From Diadema antillarum (lineage: Eukaryota): 64,000 nucleotides of DNA. The stretch is taken from positions 434,001 to 498,000 of the forward strand of contig NW_027272185.1 in the NCBI RefSeq assembly GCF_040938485.1, given 5' to 3'. Both the position numbers and the translations under genes were made by a program. The notes beneath the pieces were generated by a model. It did not search any database. It was not told the origin of the DNA and saw nothing but the letters and a program-made list of their open reading frames with translations. Within the stretch, counting starts at the first letter, position 1. Every line of letters begins with the position of its first letter. Positions 49,087 through 61,999 of the stretch are shown piece by piece.

Positions 49087-50222
49087 AACTAGAAATAGCG
49101 ACTGGTATGCCTCCGCCATAATGCATGGTTCTCCTATTTTATAGTACAATGTTTTGACAATGTGTGATGACAGTTTCACATAATTGGCAAAATATTAAAA
49201 TGACAGATTTGTCACAAATGTGTTGAATGTTCACTTTCCTGAACTACTGTAGGTTTAATTGGATGAACAGCTAAAGAGTGCAGATATTTGGGAATTTAAG
49301 GATTTTTACTTGACTTTTAACCCTTTTATAAGTTTATGCATTGAGTGATTTTCAAGATATGGAGAAAAAGTGTCATTTCAGTATTAAATGGTAAAATAAT
49401 AGCATTTAGACCTGGCCTCTGACCCTTGACCTTTAACCTTATGACCCTAAAGTTCCCGAGAGAATCACTGTCAGGTAGAACATGCATAAATATGTACTAA
49501 GTGTCATGATGATACCCTACGTCACATTCGAGATATGGAGGAAGAAGGGAAATTTAGCATTTTCACTTGACCTTTGACCTTTTGGCAAGAAACTTCCGAG
49601 AGAATCTCTATTGATTAATACATGTATACATCTAGTTAAAAGAAAAATCCTGCAGGCATTGCATAAATATGAGGGAGGTAGTGACATTCTGAGGAATTGA
49701 ACTTGACCTTTGACCCCTGACCTGTGACCCATGACCCCCAAATTGTCCCTAGATAATCACTGCCAGTCAGTACATGCATATACACTAATTTCCATGAAGA
49801 TACCTTGAACCATTTTTTTGAGATATAATGGAGAAAAACGTGAAATTTCCCACATTTTTACGTGACCTTTGACCTCATGACCCGAAACTTATGTGGTAGT
49901 ACATGTATACACCAGGTTTCAAGAAAATATCTTTGGGCATTGCATGGATATGGGGGAAATAGTGAAATTTTGAGCATTTGACCTTGGCCTTTTGACCTTT
50001 GACCTTGAGCATGTGGCCCCCCCCCCCCAAAAAAAAAAAAGTTGCTAGGCACAACTTTGCCCACTCGTACATATACATGCCAAGTTCCATTAGGATACCT
50101 CAAACGGTTCTTTAGTTACGCTCTCCACAAATTGATTACGGACGGAAGGATGGACGGACAGATGGACAAACCAAAAACATAATGCCTCCGTCACTACTTC
50201 GTGCGCGGAGGCATAGAAAAAA
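49087..50222 (-). mobile_element. Second HINE, same family as 2848-3983, minus orientation
   Basis: ATGCCTCCGCC at 49107-49117 and CGGAGGCAT at 50206-50214, with a (GGAC)n tract at about 50139-50168. The body is colinear with the reverse complement of 2848-3983, and the 3' hairpin is partly deleted. Confidence 0.85.
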
Positions 50223-51691
50223 ACAAGAGACCCGGGGGTCACACGCTCACCTGAGTATCACAAGTTCACCTTCCATGCATTCTTGCAGACTCTTACCTGA
50301 GAACATTGGAAACTTATGGTGGGGGTAGCTTGAAGAGTGGGGGCATGGTGTCCATTTACATATTCCATCACACTGGTAAAAAATACCTACCAAGTACACT
50401 GTACTTTATAGAATGTTGGATTATGCATCTTGGGGGGGGGGGGGGGGGGGAAGACTTAAAGCCCTATCACTTTTGATTAGAACTAGAGAAAAACATTATT
50501 GAATATTCATTAATTTAGGAGGTTTGGACCCCCTGGGGCCCCAAGGGAAAGCATGGAGCCAACTTAGTGAAATCTTATCCCAATGGGAATGCCACTTGCC
50601 AAGTTTGGTGAAAACTCATTATGTTGTTTTCAGTAAGATGAAAATTTAGGCACGCATTTGGACCCCCCCCCCAAATCCCATCAAGCTTCCTTGAGTCCCA
50701 AGGGGGGTGGAAAGGGGGGGGGGGGGGGTAGAAAGGGCACCCCTGATTTTCCCATGAACAAACTTGAAACAACAGTCATCAATATACTGACTCATTGTAT
50801 CAACTTAGCTCAATCACTTCTGGTTCCGGAGAAAATCTGCAAAGATTCCTTACAGGAGGGGGGGGGGGGGGAACCCTTGGGGCCCCCAGGTGGAACATGG
50901 TGCCCATTTGATGGAATTGAGATTCTATCCCACTAGGGATGCTACCTGCCAATTTTGGTGAAAATTTGTGCTGGGTTTTTAAGAAAAAGATGAAAATTTA
51001 CAATTTCGGTCCAAATTTAGGCCCCCTGGGGCCCCCCAGGTGGGGCATGGTGCCCATTTGATGGAATTGAGATTCTATCCCCCTAGGGATGTTACCTGAC
51101 AAGTTTGGTGAAAATTTGTGATAGGGTTTTTAAGAAAAATATGAAAATTTACAATTTCGGTCCAAATTTAGGCCCCCTGGGGCCCCCCAGGTGGGGCATG
51201 GTGCCCATTTGATGAGAATGAGATTCTTTCCCCCTAGGGATGCTACCTGCCAACTTTGGTGAAAATTCATACTGGCATTTTCAAGAAAAAGATGAAAATG
51301 TACAATTTGGGCCCCATTAGGACCCCTCCCCACCCCCCCTCCCCTGGGTCCCAAGGGGGGCACCCCTGATTCCGCCATGAACAAACTTGAAACTGCAGTC
51401 ATCAATGTACTAATTCATAGTATTAACTTGGCTCTATCACTTCTGGTTCTAGAGAAGAAGATTTTTTAAGATTCCTTCATTTTGGGGGGTTTGGGCCCCT
51501 CTAGGGGCCCCCAGGTGGGGTATGGTGCCCACTTGAACAAATTGAGATCCTATCCCCCTAGGGATGCTACCTGCCAAGTTTGGTGAAAATCGGTCAAGGG
51601 GTTCTCAAGAAGAAGATGAAAATGTAAAAAGTTTACGCACGACGCACGCCGGACACCGCACGCCGGACGCCGGACGAAGAGCGATCGCAAT

Positions 51692-51724
<33 letters not shown>

Positions 51725-51729
51725 TAAAA
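50221..51729 (-). mobile_element. HINE/pearl-like element of a second family with an internal ~150-bp tandem array
   Basis: SubTIRs GCTCACCTGAG (50245-50255) / CTCAGGTGAGC (51711-51721), internal IR at 51693-51703, terminal hairpin GACCC..GGGTC at 50229-50240, and a GC-rich microsatellite at about 51637-51677. Repeat units start at 50879, 51028, 51179 and 51504. Confidence 0.82.
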
Positions 51730-51794
51730 GACAAAAAATTAAAGTTCTGGCACACATGATGTGCAATATCATCATACTATAATGTGATTAACAT

Positions 51795-52165
51795 TTGTCT
51801 GTCTGTCTGTCTGTCTGTTTGTTCCTCTACTCCTCCCAGGTCCTTGGTCTGATCTCCATCAAACTTAGTGGGTGGATGCAGGTTCACCGCAAAATTTCTC
51901 TTGAGGGGTTCATTTTTGGAAAGGTCAAGGTCACTGGGGTCAAAGGTCAAATAACTGCTTTTCGCTACTCCTTGGGATTCCCCAAGAAATATCCTCAATG
52001 GGGATTTCCAAGGTGTAGGCCTACTTATATGGGGACTCCCCCAGAAATATCCTCAATGGGGATTTCCCAGGTGTAGGCCTACTTATGCTTCCAGCAAGTT
52101 TGGCCAAGATCGGACCAAGGAGTAGCGCAAAACAGTTATTTGACCTCCGTTGACCCGTGACCTTG
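51795..52165 (+). mobile_element. Truncated HINE-like fragment with (GTCT)n and a 58-bp tandem duplication
   Basis: (GTCT)n at about 51797-51816, ggtcaaaggtca motifs shared with the other HINEs, and a duplicated agaaatatcctcaatggggatttcc block at 51985 and 52043. Confidence 0.55.
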
Positions 52166-52337
52166 ACCATTTCTGGGGGAGTTCTCACTTAAATTGTAAG
52201 TACATACCAAACTACTGCGATAACTTCATCATAGCCCCCCCTCCCCCCATGCCCCACTTCGGCTGATTCAGCACTCCACGAGTACATTGACTAGTTTAGA
52301 TGAAGTCAAGTATTACCATCCAACATCTTCACTACAT

Positions 52338-52500
52338 CAGGGGCGGATCCAGGAATTACGTAAAGGGGAGGCGCCTTTACAATATTAAAAGAGGGCGCAG
52401 GCGCCTCCCCCCCCCCCCCATTTTTTTTTTCTTTTTATTTCTTTTGTTGAACAAAAAAAAAGGGGGCACGCCAATGCGCCCCCCTCTGGATCCACCACTG
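52338..52500. mobile_element. CAGGGGCGGATCC-type MITE
   Basis: CAGGGGCGGATCCAG...CTGGATCCACCACTG. A relative lies at 55655-55817. Confidence 0.7.
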
Positions 52501-52643
52501 CAACATTTTATGAAATGTTGACTCAGTCAAGCAAAAACATATGGAATGTATTTTATACAGGTTGGGCGTATATATGAATGCTAAGGCAACCAAAAACATG
52601 ACCATTTAGGACTGATTTTAGCAATGTCCACTCGTACACTCAC

Positions 52644-52703
52644 CATGCTGCTTTGCCTTCTCTATGGTTGCACACAGCTTTTTGTACTGTTGTTGACATA
52701 CCC
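52644..52703 (-). CDS. MRPS18B: MRPS18B exon 7
   Basis: GVCQQQYKKLCATIEKAKQH+G resembles human [21 protein letters not shown]. Intron phases are consistent. Confidence 0.93.
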
Positions 52704-53359
52704 CTGGTGGGAAAGAAAAATCAAATGGCAACAATCATTAGGAAGCTACCATATTTGATTTGGAATACATATGCCTCATTGCAAATCACTGCAGGGGTGG
52801 AGGGGGGGGGCATGATGCATAAGCTTATAGGAGTTGAGGACCTGCTAGCGTGAGGATTCATGGGTAGCTCGATTCATTCGCTGCCAACTTGGGTAAATTT
52901 GAAACCACAAAAAGCACCAGTCAGTGAATAGTTGCATCGAGGCATTTGCTCGTCGGTTAATGGTCAACTCCAGTAGAGATTCTTAGGCTGTGTATGCACT
53001 TTGATACACATAGATCAGTAATAAAGCTGTATTGACCGATTCTGTGACGCGCTATGTGTATTTTTGGCATGGGCAGCGCCATTACTCGGTGTCTTAGCCG
53101 ACCCCCCCTTCCCACTCCCCACCCCTCTCCCTACATTAGCACGCACGCAGAATGAAAAACTGCTTTAGCCAATGGGCGTCTCGTACTGAGTGCATGAATG
53201 CTTGCTTAGTGCGCGAACCTTTGTTACAAGTGCGTGATAAACATGTTGCCCGGGGTGGGGTCTTTTGAAATGTATGTGATTAGCTGAACACAAGATATGT
53301 TGTATTAGCTTTGCACATTACATAATCTTGTACAAGGCAAAGATATGTTCACTGCAATA

Positions 53360-53537
53360 CAGTGGACTCCCATTATAACAAAGTCCTCGGGACCGGCAAT
53401 TTTCTTTTGAAATTCCATAATAACCAAACAAATAAACAATAAAAAACATAAGAGTGGATCATTTTGCGGCCCAAATTCTTATTTTGTTGTAACTGGAATT
53501 TTGTTATAACCGTGTTCGTTATAACGGGAGTGCACTG
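53360..53537. mobile_element. Tc1/mariner (Tigger-like) MITE, short form
   Basis: TA|CAGTGGACTCCCATTATAAC...GTTATAACGGGAGTGCACTG|TA. Confidence 0.8.
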
Positions 53538-54384
53538 TACATGTACACTGTGTTTTCGTCAATATCACTTTTTACAGCAAATGCACCATGCCCTAAGAAT
53601 TCAAGACACAATACATAATTATCAATCATTACTTTCTTAACTCACTGATAAACTAACAAAATAAGGTGCATATGCACAATTTCATGCTTGCTATTCTGCT
53701 TTGATAAATATCTAACTGAACATAATACAAGCAAATTTGGGTGGAGAGCAGAAGGATTATCGGAAATGCTTTACATGTTAGGAAATTGGATCTAATCTTT
53801 CCAGATCTCACAGACATGTAAAGTTGATGAACTGCTGGTACTATGGTGTTCTAACACCATTTCATGGACACAGTTTTCATGTTTTAATTGAAATTGTGTG
53901 ACAAAACAAACAAATACATCAAAAGTTTAAATATCTTAACATATTAATGGCAGTTATATCAAACTCCCCACAATTTCTATTCCTATAATTATTCAATTAC
54001 CTGAATGGCTACTCTAAGAAATTCTCAGTGATATTTAATGGTAGTGGTTGCCTTGTTTTTTCCTTACTACATGTATTTCCTTTCACAGTGAACATTAATA
54101 GGATACATTTTGTTTCCAACTTTCAGAGAGTAACATATCCTGTTCAAAGCTGTAGGACTGCTCAACTTGACAAAGGCAAGTGGAATTACATTTCTCAGAC
54201 TGTCATTTTTTTCTAAAAAGATATGCCTAAACAGGCACTGATGTGTACAAGTATCATATTTTCTCATGCTCAAGTAAAAAACAAATACAAAAGACAAAAA
54301 CCAACAGACAAAATTTTATTGTTTCTTTCAGTGATGATTACTTGCAATCTCAACTACACATGAGTTATATGAGCATTAAAATAC

Positions 54385-54451
54385 CTGTCCGGAAGGTGGA
54401 GTATATGTCCCATGAATGTGGACAGATGAACTGCTCCAACAGCTTCACATT
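54385..54451 (-). CDS. MRPS18B: MRPS18B exon 6
   Basis: NVKLLEQFICPHSWDIYSTFRT+G resembles human NVKLLEQFVCAHTG. Confidence 0.95.
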
Positions 54452-54569
54452 CTGTGAGGAAACAGTTAAAACAAAAACAAAAAATTTGAGGCATAAATGA
54501 TAATAAAATCAGTAACATACTGTTTTATAATACCTCAATTAACTCTGCCTGAGTGCTCAAAGGGCTTAA

Positions 54570-54598
54570 CCCTAGGGCTATTTAGGTAGTTGATAGAG

Positions 54599-54647
<49 letters not shown>

Positions 54648-55324
54648 CTCCGACGAAAATTGGCACACACATTGCCTATGATGTAATCTAAAATACCATG
54701 AAGTTAATTTTCAAAAGAATTGTCGTTTATGCTAAATTATGCTAATTTATGCATAATGATCCATGAAATCAGACTATTTTGTGTAAATCACTAAATAAAG
54801 CTCAAAACAGGCACATTTTTTGTGTAGACATTCTTTTTAGTGTCCTTAGCAAATGTAGTAAAAGAAATTGTGATATCAGAAAAAATTCGTAAGTATTTTA
54901 TTGTTTTTTTGAATTTCTGGTAAATGTATTTCATTGTTTTTTCGACTTTATGTTTTTCATTGTTTTTTCGATGAAATTTGTCCGCGACATCACTCCGAAC
55001 AAGAAAATATGTTATTCATTGATTTTAATCAATAAAACACCAAAATAATGCTTTTATGAAATTTGCCTGTAAGCACAGTTTGCATTGAAATTGTACACGA
55101 ATTCACGTTTTTGAGCAATTTTTGGTCTGACATGCATGTACATATTTATGTGTAAATTCGGAACCGCGCGCCCAGGCGTCGCAAATTTGGTGTCAAAAGA
55201 TGCAGGAGACTCGAAAGGAAAAAGTCACGAAACGTCGCGGCGATAGCTTTTTGCGATTGCGATACATCACGCGGAACGTCGAGGGGGGGGGGGCCTCAGA
55301 GGCCCCCCCCCGGCCTAGTTAGGG
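54570..55324. mobile_element. piggyBac-like MITE related to 45205-45973
   Basis: TTAA|CCCT...AGGG|TTAA, sharing the internal block gcaaatttggt.tcaaaa.atgc.ggagact with 45205-45973. Contains a 47-nt G run at 54601-54647. Confidence 0.75.
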
Positions 55325-55654
55325 TTAAGTGCATGGATGACAAATATTGGCCACAACAAACTTGTAACTACATGTACCATATTATACATCAGCCTAGCGA
55401 GTAGATCTCTTTCTCTCTAAACAGCAATTCATTTGGAGTTTATAACTCTTTGGGTATAGCTGTAGTTGTGAACTGCAGGGATGTTGGCGCAACACCAAGT
55501 CAGGAAATGTAGGGTCTCTTGCAAAACATTGAAGTCAAATTTCTAATTACCTAATACTAGTATACAATCTCTCCTCGGGAATGCTTTCATTAGTGTCATA
55601 AGGAAACATGAGGTGACTCAGAGACATGATGTAGTCTGTAGAAGTGATGGATTT

Positions 55655-55817
55655 CAGGGGCAGATCCAGGAATTCTGTAAAGGGGGGGCGTGACTAATAT
55701 TTCTGGTGCCACTTCCGGGTTTCATTTCATTTTTTCTTTTTATTTCTTCTGTTTTTCACGAAAGTTAAAGAGGGGGGGGGGGTGCGCCGGTTGCGCCCCC
55801 CTCCGGATCCGCCACTG
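55655..55817. mobile_element. CAGGGGC.GATCC-type MITE
   Basis: CAGGGGCAGATCCAGG...CCGGATCCGCCACTG. Confidence 0.7.
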
Positions 55818-56289
55818 GGTTCAATAATAGTGTACATGTATTCAAAGGCAGACTAGAAGCATGCTTCATAATGGAGGTACATTGTAAGGTCGTCTTAACG
55901 TTAACTCGATGACATACTAGACATCTGTCTCAGTAGATTGACTAAAAGTGATACACACCGAGTTGAATAACAATTCTTTGTACATAGCCAGAAGGAAAGT
56001 AATAAAATGCCCACATGCAACAGCACATCACAGGAATGGGAGCTACCACTTCCCAATGAAAGATTCAGAAATGAGAACAGAGTGCTTTGACTACAGTGCT
56101 GCTACCAAGGGACATGGAGTTTGAACCTGGAACCCTACAAATGAGAGCTTGCGGTCTTATCCACACAGCCGTACCAGCTCCCTGTTTTGCCACATCATGC
56201 TAATCACCTGACCAAGCAAGCTTTTAAAGGTGGCACACCCCATTCAAAAAGAAGAAACATTCCAGAGATTTCCTCTTGCAACAGAGTAA

Positions 56290-57048
56290 TTTAAGTTTCA
56301 TAAGGAAATATTTGTCTTAATCTGCAGCTGAGATACTTATTCATGCTTTGATTTCTTCTCGGTTGGATTTTTTGCATTCATTGTTGTGTAATCTTCCAAA
56401 AAAAGATGTCACAAAACTTAAACGGTTGCAAAATTCTGCCGCCCGATTGTTAACTTTTACTAATAAGTTTGATTCCATATCACCAGTTCTCCGTTCCTTA
56501 CATTGGTTACCTGTAGAAAAAAGGATTATTTTCAAGATTCTGTTATTAGTACATCATTCAGTTCATTCTTTTTCCCCCATATACATAAGTAATTCTGTTC
56601 AAAAATATAATCTGACACGAAGGCTACGTTCATCATCACATACATTCTTACTCCAAACACCCAGAGTAAACCATGGGTATGGTGATCGTGCTTTTTCCGT
56701 TATGGGACCAAAATTGTGGAATCAGTTACCTCCTCAGTTAAGGGAACTATCATCGACAGAGTCATTCAAATCCAAACTTAAAACTTATCTGTTCCTTTCA
56801 TACTGAGGACTGTAATTGCTGTATGTCATCAATGTTGGATCAATATTGGATTTTTAATTGGTATATGTTGTATTCTTTATTTGGTAGTATATATTTGTTT
56901 TTGTTTACCATTTTCTTCTTTGTTGAAATGCTTGAATATGTATATGAATGTAAATATATGATATCTTTTCATTTTTGAAGCCATGAGCACTGAAAAGTGG
57001 ATCTGTGCGCTATACAAGTAGCCACTTTTATTACTATTATTATTATTA
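56290..57048 (+). mobile_element. 5'-truncated L2-type LINE (ORF2 C-terminus, 3' UTR and TAT tail)
   Basis: HALISSRLD...LQNSAARL...LHWLPV..RI.FK...RAFSVMGPKLWNQLP...FKSKLKTYLF is the typical L2/CR1-group ORF2 end. An upstream in-frame stop is present, and the element ends in (TAT)n. It lies antisense in an MRPS18B intron. Confidence 0.88.
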
Positions 57049-57196
57049 ATAAAACAGACACACAAAAGCTACAACAATGCACATTTTCAGATTTAACTGA
57101 GCTAATCTTCTTAGCAAAAAGCCTGTCAAAGGCTAGGTACCCACAAAAGCCACAACAACTGGGAGGAAAAATAGAGGAGATAGTAAAAGGACTGAC

Positions 57197-57277
57197 CTTG
57201 TAGTGCACAAGGAGATTTGAATCTCTGCAGATTGGGCAAGGGTTGCCACATACACTTTGCTTCTCACCGTGTCCTCT
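57197..57277 (-). CDS. MRPS18B: MRPS18B exon 5
   Basis: RGHGEKQSVCGNPCPICRDSNLLVHYK contains the diagnostic GNPCPICRD. Confidence 0.95.
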
Positions 57278-57776
57278 CTGGAGAAAAGATGGACAGAACA
57301 CAGCATCATTAAATTGTACATGAAAACGAGGAGCTTCATTACACATATTCAGCATGCTTACTTGGATTTCATTAAAAAAACAAACAAACAAAAAACAAAC
57401 AAAACTCATCTAAAGGGTGGTCCTTTAGGGGGTTAAACTGCTTTGAAAATATGGGCATAAAACATGACACAGAACATCGCACGTTAGCAGCACCATGGTA
57501 ATGTTGAAGAAACTGGTGGCGCAAAGTGTATACACATTGCTCATGCCACTACTCAGAGATGCAGGCAACTCCTGTTGTAACAAAGTCATCTAGACCAACA
57601 GTTTTCCTTGGTTATAACAAAATTTCATCGTAACCGAAGAGAATTTTGAGCCTCAGATGTACGTGATAATACGTTTGGGACCTGAATCCTTACTTTGTTG
57701 TAAAGAAAATTTTGTTACAACTGTGTTCGTTCAAACAGAGCACCCTTATTAGAAATACCCAACACTTGTTACTTAC

Positions 57777-57797
57777 TATGCACTTCTTCCTGGTTTT
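57777..57797 (-). CDS. MRPS18B: MRPS18B exon 4 (21-nt microexon)
   Basis: tttttctttgcag|KTRKKCI|gtaagt corresponds to human RTRKTCI. Confidence 0.88.
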
Positions 57798-58154
57798 CTG
57801 CAAAGAAAAAGAGACAAGACAAATGTCAAGACTAGTAAACTGGTAATACAGAAAGATTACCGTATCACCTTTTTTCGGTAGCACAAATCAAGGACAGTAT
57901 GTAATTAGACATGAACAGTTGCATCAAATCAAATTAGAAATGAAAAGTGGCATCATCTGCATAAAAGTTTTGTTGCAAAATACTCAACAAGGAGAAAGGG
58001 TGGCAGTTACTGAATTATCAACCAAATACATGAATTTCAAGACAATCTTGCACACTCATCGATGGCAGAGTTGTGAGATGATGACCTCACTTGGCCCAAT
58101 TTTCTGCGTGTGGTTGCAACCAAAATCACTATATTTGGTGCAAAACATGAAATA

Positions 58155-58693
58155 CAGTGCACTCCCGTTATAACGAAACGCTCGGGACCGGCAGTTTTCT
58201 TTCGTTATAACGAAATTTCGTTATAACCGAACAAATACAATATAACGAAAACAAGGAACCACGTATATACACTGTAGATCATATTATGTTTGCTGAATAC
58301 TCATCATACACTGAAAAGCTATGTGAAATGTGATGGGATAACTGTATTACAATAATAAACGCAAGTTCCCCTCAGAAACTGTGCGTGACACAAGGAGCGA
58401 ACACACAGTGGTGTGAAGCGTGCACCCATGCAGAGACGCTATAAATGCTTGTTCTGCTACGCATTTTCGAAAGCAATTCGCATTTCGTTATAACGGAGCA
58501 CATTTCTTTTGTTTTTCTTTGTCTGTGGCGCTCGGAAAAGACTTCGTTATAACGGAAATTTTGCTATAACCGTGTTCATTATAAGCGAATTTTGTACCAT
58601 AGACTTTAATGGTGATAATTTTGGGACCAGAAGATTTACTTCGTTATAACGAAATTTCGTTATAACCGTGTTCATTGTAACGGGAGTGCACTG
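58155..58693. mobile_element. Tc1/mariner (Tigger-like) MITE, long form
   Basis: TA|CAGTGCACTCCCGTTATAACGAA...GTAACGGGAGTGCACTG|TA. Confidence 0.85.
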
Positions 58694-58833
58694 TATTGAA
58701 ATTCTGTACCTTTCTTATTTCATGTTCAAGTTTGATAACACTTCTGTTCTCCTCTACGGCCAATTTTTCTCCATTTATTAAGGTCACCTTTATTAAGGTC
58801 ACCTTGATGACGGAGAATTGTAATTTTACCTAC

Positions 58834-58910
58834 CGTTGGGGCAAGCCTTCCTTTATGGTTCCTCTTGTAGTTTGCCCAAACTGGTTTGTTGCCATACTTT
58901 TCAAAGTATT
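58834..58910 (-). CDS. MRPS18B: MRPS18B exon 3
   Basis: EYFEKYGNKPVWANYKRNHKGRLAPT resembles human [25 protein letters not shown]. Confidence 0.93.
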
Positions 58911-59322
58911 CTGCAAAAGAGATGATATGAAATACAAAATTCTACTTTAGAAATGTTTGAATATACATGCATATACAGGAAGAAATGGCTCTATTCTCTT
59001 TCCAAACTCATATTTATGCATCAAGATTTCCTGGGCTGACAGTTCCCCATTCTCCATGCCAGTCATTATTAACCAATCAAAACATTGAAGTTTAATTGTC
59101 ACATGCTCACAAGTAATTTGTGTGATTATCTTCACAAGTGTCATCTACAACTCCTGAACACATTTCCAAGATAAAGCTAATATAATCCACTTAACATACA
59201 CTGTATGTGTTCTTCATGATACACTGCAGCTGAAGTTCCTGAAGTGAAATGAATGAATGATATTCCAGAGTAGGATAGAAATCACAAAATATCAACCTAA
59301 TTCTTGCATGGTCATTTCTTAC

Positions 59323-59479
59323 CATCACTTTCAAGGTAATCTAGCGCTTGCATTAGCTCTGCTTCCGTAGCCTCCCCCGTAGAATCAGTTGCCTTCTTCT
59401 CTGGTTGGTCTGACACATCATCCCACCTCACTACTGACGTTGTAAACCTTTGCAAGCTCCCGATATCATGGGTCACATT
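59323..59479 (-). CDS. MRPS18B: MRPS18B exon 2
   Basis: cag|NVTHD...ALDYLESD+G|gtaaga, matching the YLES motif of the family. Confidence 0.88.
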
Positions 59480-61096
59480 CTGGAAAAAGAAAATAAAAGT
59501 GTGCATCTTATATACAGATATAGGTCGTACACACATGATACGTACACACACATATATGTGAGTTGCATGTGTGAGGTGTCAATTTCTACATGAAGTGAAC
59601 ATATAAATGCAGATATATGAATGAGAAATGATTGTATAAACATACAATATGTACTACAGTACATCACATTGAGCTTGAAATGTCTCATTGATCACTGGAT
59701 TGCACCTGCGCACAGGTTCCAAACCCACAATTACACTTGAAGGATTTGGAACCTGTGCACAGCTTTGTGCACAGGTCAAAAATATTATGGATCAGTTGTC
59801 ATACTAGTCTCCGGAAGGGTTTCAACTGTTTATGCTTGACCAAATCAAGAAAAATCATTGATTTGGGCAGTGAAAGGGACTACTATATTGGAGGAACCAA
59901 ATTTGGCACAACACACTTGCGTACAGCGACAGGGCTATGTAAATACCGATCCCCTAACTGCAACTAACCTGAACGCAAAGCGTTTAATATGCTCCCACAG
60001 CCCAGCTAAAGGGATGGTATAGTACTGGTTGAGGTGAGGATTCAGCTTTTAATATTTAGCAAGATATTTAGAAACTACCATATGAAATGTTACCGAGCAT
60101 ACAATTCTAAGGGAAAATGAAAGTATATTTGATGAAAATCGGCTTTGAAATGACTGAGATATCCAAAAAAAAAAAACGGTAAATCAAAGAGATCCTGGAT
60201 ATTATTAGTGGTGGTCTGTCACAGTTTATTAGAATCGTTTGTTTGGATATCTCAGCCATTTCAAGACCAAATAAACTGTGAATTCCTCTAAGAATTACAT
60301 TTGAGTTTGATTTATTTAAGTTTCAGTTTATAACAACATATATGTAAAAGAAAATTTGAATACATAATGGTCATTTAAACACTACACTTTTGTGTTAACA
60401 ATCACCCAATAACATCAACATTAATAGATACACACAGTTTAAACAATCTATAAAAAACACATCAAATACATAATGAATAAATGTTAATACAATCTAAAAT
60501 TATCAAAAAAAGAGCTTCATTGAACATACAATTGATGGTAATAATGTACATAATGAGGTTGCTAAAAGAACCAAGAGATGGCACAAGTGCTAGTAGTACT
60601 CGTAGTGGATGTTGGTCCCTTAATATGTGTTATAATTATAATGAACAAATAAATATGCATCAGAATGCTTTAATAATGCTATTGATTTGTTGTACCTTGT
60701 CTGGAACATTATCTAGGCCTACACAGATTTAATGTGTTTTGCTATTACAGTTACAGTAAGATCTAGTTTATTTCCGAAAGATTTCCTGCCAATCCTGGTA
60801 TAAAATTACCTTACGATTTTTGGCAGAGTGTTCCACAATTCAGCTTAAGATGTTGGGGGACACATGTGTCGCAATAAAATATAAAAAGAATACTAACCTT
60901 CCTTCTTTATTTACAGCCTGTATGTGACTCTTCCAAGTCAGATGACAATACCATTTACCATGCATAAATATTTAAAAGAAAATATTATTATTTAAAAAAA
61001 ACACACACACACACACACACACAAAAACCAAGATGCCTCAGCTCATTCACTTCACAAATGACATCATCTCATTCTGATACCAGTGATAATTTCATT

Positions 61097-61206
61097 AGGC
61101 GTTTTCACATCAGCCCGATGTTTCGAAATAGCGCGCTATTTTCTGACTTGGGAAATTGGAAAATATCTCGAGCTTGGATTTTTATCGGGCTGATGTGAAA
61201 ACGCCT
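61097..61206. mobile_element. 110-bp mini-MITE with 23-bp perfect TIR (Harbinger-like)
   Basis: AGGCGTTTTCACATCAGCCCGAT / ATCGGGCTGATGTGAAAACGCCT, flanked by ATT on both sides. Confidence 0.75.
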
Positions 61207-61853
61207 ATTGTTCCTTTGACAGTAAATTTTCGTTTTTACTTTTAATTTTATAAACCTATTTGTCTATGCTACTCTTTTTCAAATTAACGGTGTTAGGGCC
61301 TCACAATACTAGGTAGACTAGTAGCATGGTGAAGTAACAGCATACATATAATTATTGATATTATTGTTACACCTTGCACCTCCTATTTTAATTAACGACA
61401 GGCTACTGTAATTCGTAATTGCCACTTTTATTCTATAAAATTTATTAAGATGCGATAAATCACTCACGAATTTTCCCTATCATGTTTGTTAATAGGTTGT
61501 TAATTCATAATATTTCATAAGACTAAGAGGTTTCTAATTTAAATCATGTCACAACAAACACACACACACACACACACAAAAGTTGGAAACCTGCAGCCCC
61601 AGGCCTATTCAAACCAAATCTGTATATGTATCACCCCTTCTTCGTTCTTCAGTAACAACTGTGATGTACAATAACCATATGCTGGAGGTCATGGCATGGA
61701 GCGCCCAGCCAATGCCATAAAACACCGGGCGCGCCCCGAGCGCGAGCGCGAGCGAACTGCAGTGCAACTGATGAGTGATGTCTGATGGTTTGGCCTATGA
61801 TCCTAATAAATAATTTACATCATATCTGTCTAGCAAACATGGAGAAAAAGTAC

Positions 61854-61997
61854 CTGGTAGGCCGAAAGCACTTGCATACATTTGGGTGTCACTGGAGCAC
61901 AAAGCTTAACATTTGATAACACCCTGGAGGAAGCACAAATTCGGGCATTCCTTGCGAGGAGCACGAGACACTTTGACGAGTACATGGGAGCTGCCAT
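61854..61997 (-). CDS. MRPS18B: Mitochondrial ribosomal protein S18B, exon 1 of 8 (join 61854-61997, 59323-59479, 58834-58910, 57777-57797, 57197-57277, 54385-54451, 52644-52703, 48683-48792; 238 aa)
   Basis: MAAPMYSSKCLVLLARNARICASSRVLS..., an R/S/L-rich, acid-free presequence-like peptide. GT donor, phase 0. Confidence 0.8.
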
Positions 61998-61999
61998 TT

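Noticed and set aside
54601-54647. 47-nt poly-G run as a special structure
   Set aside because: It corresponds to a shorter G tract in the related MITE, and its length is unreliable in assemblies.
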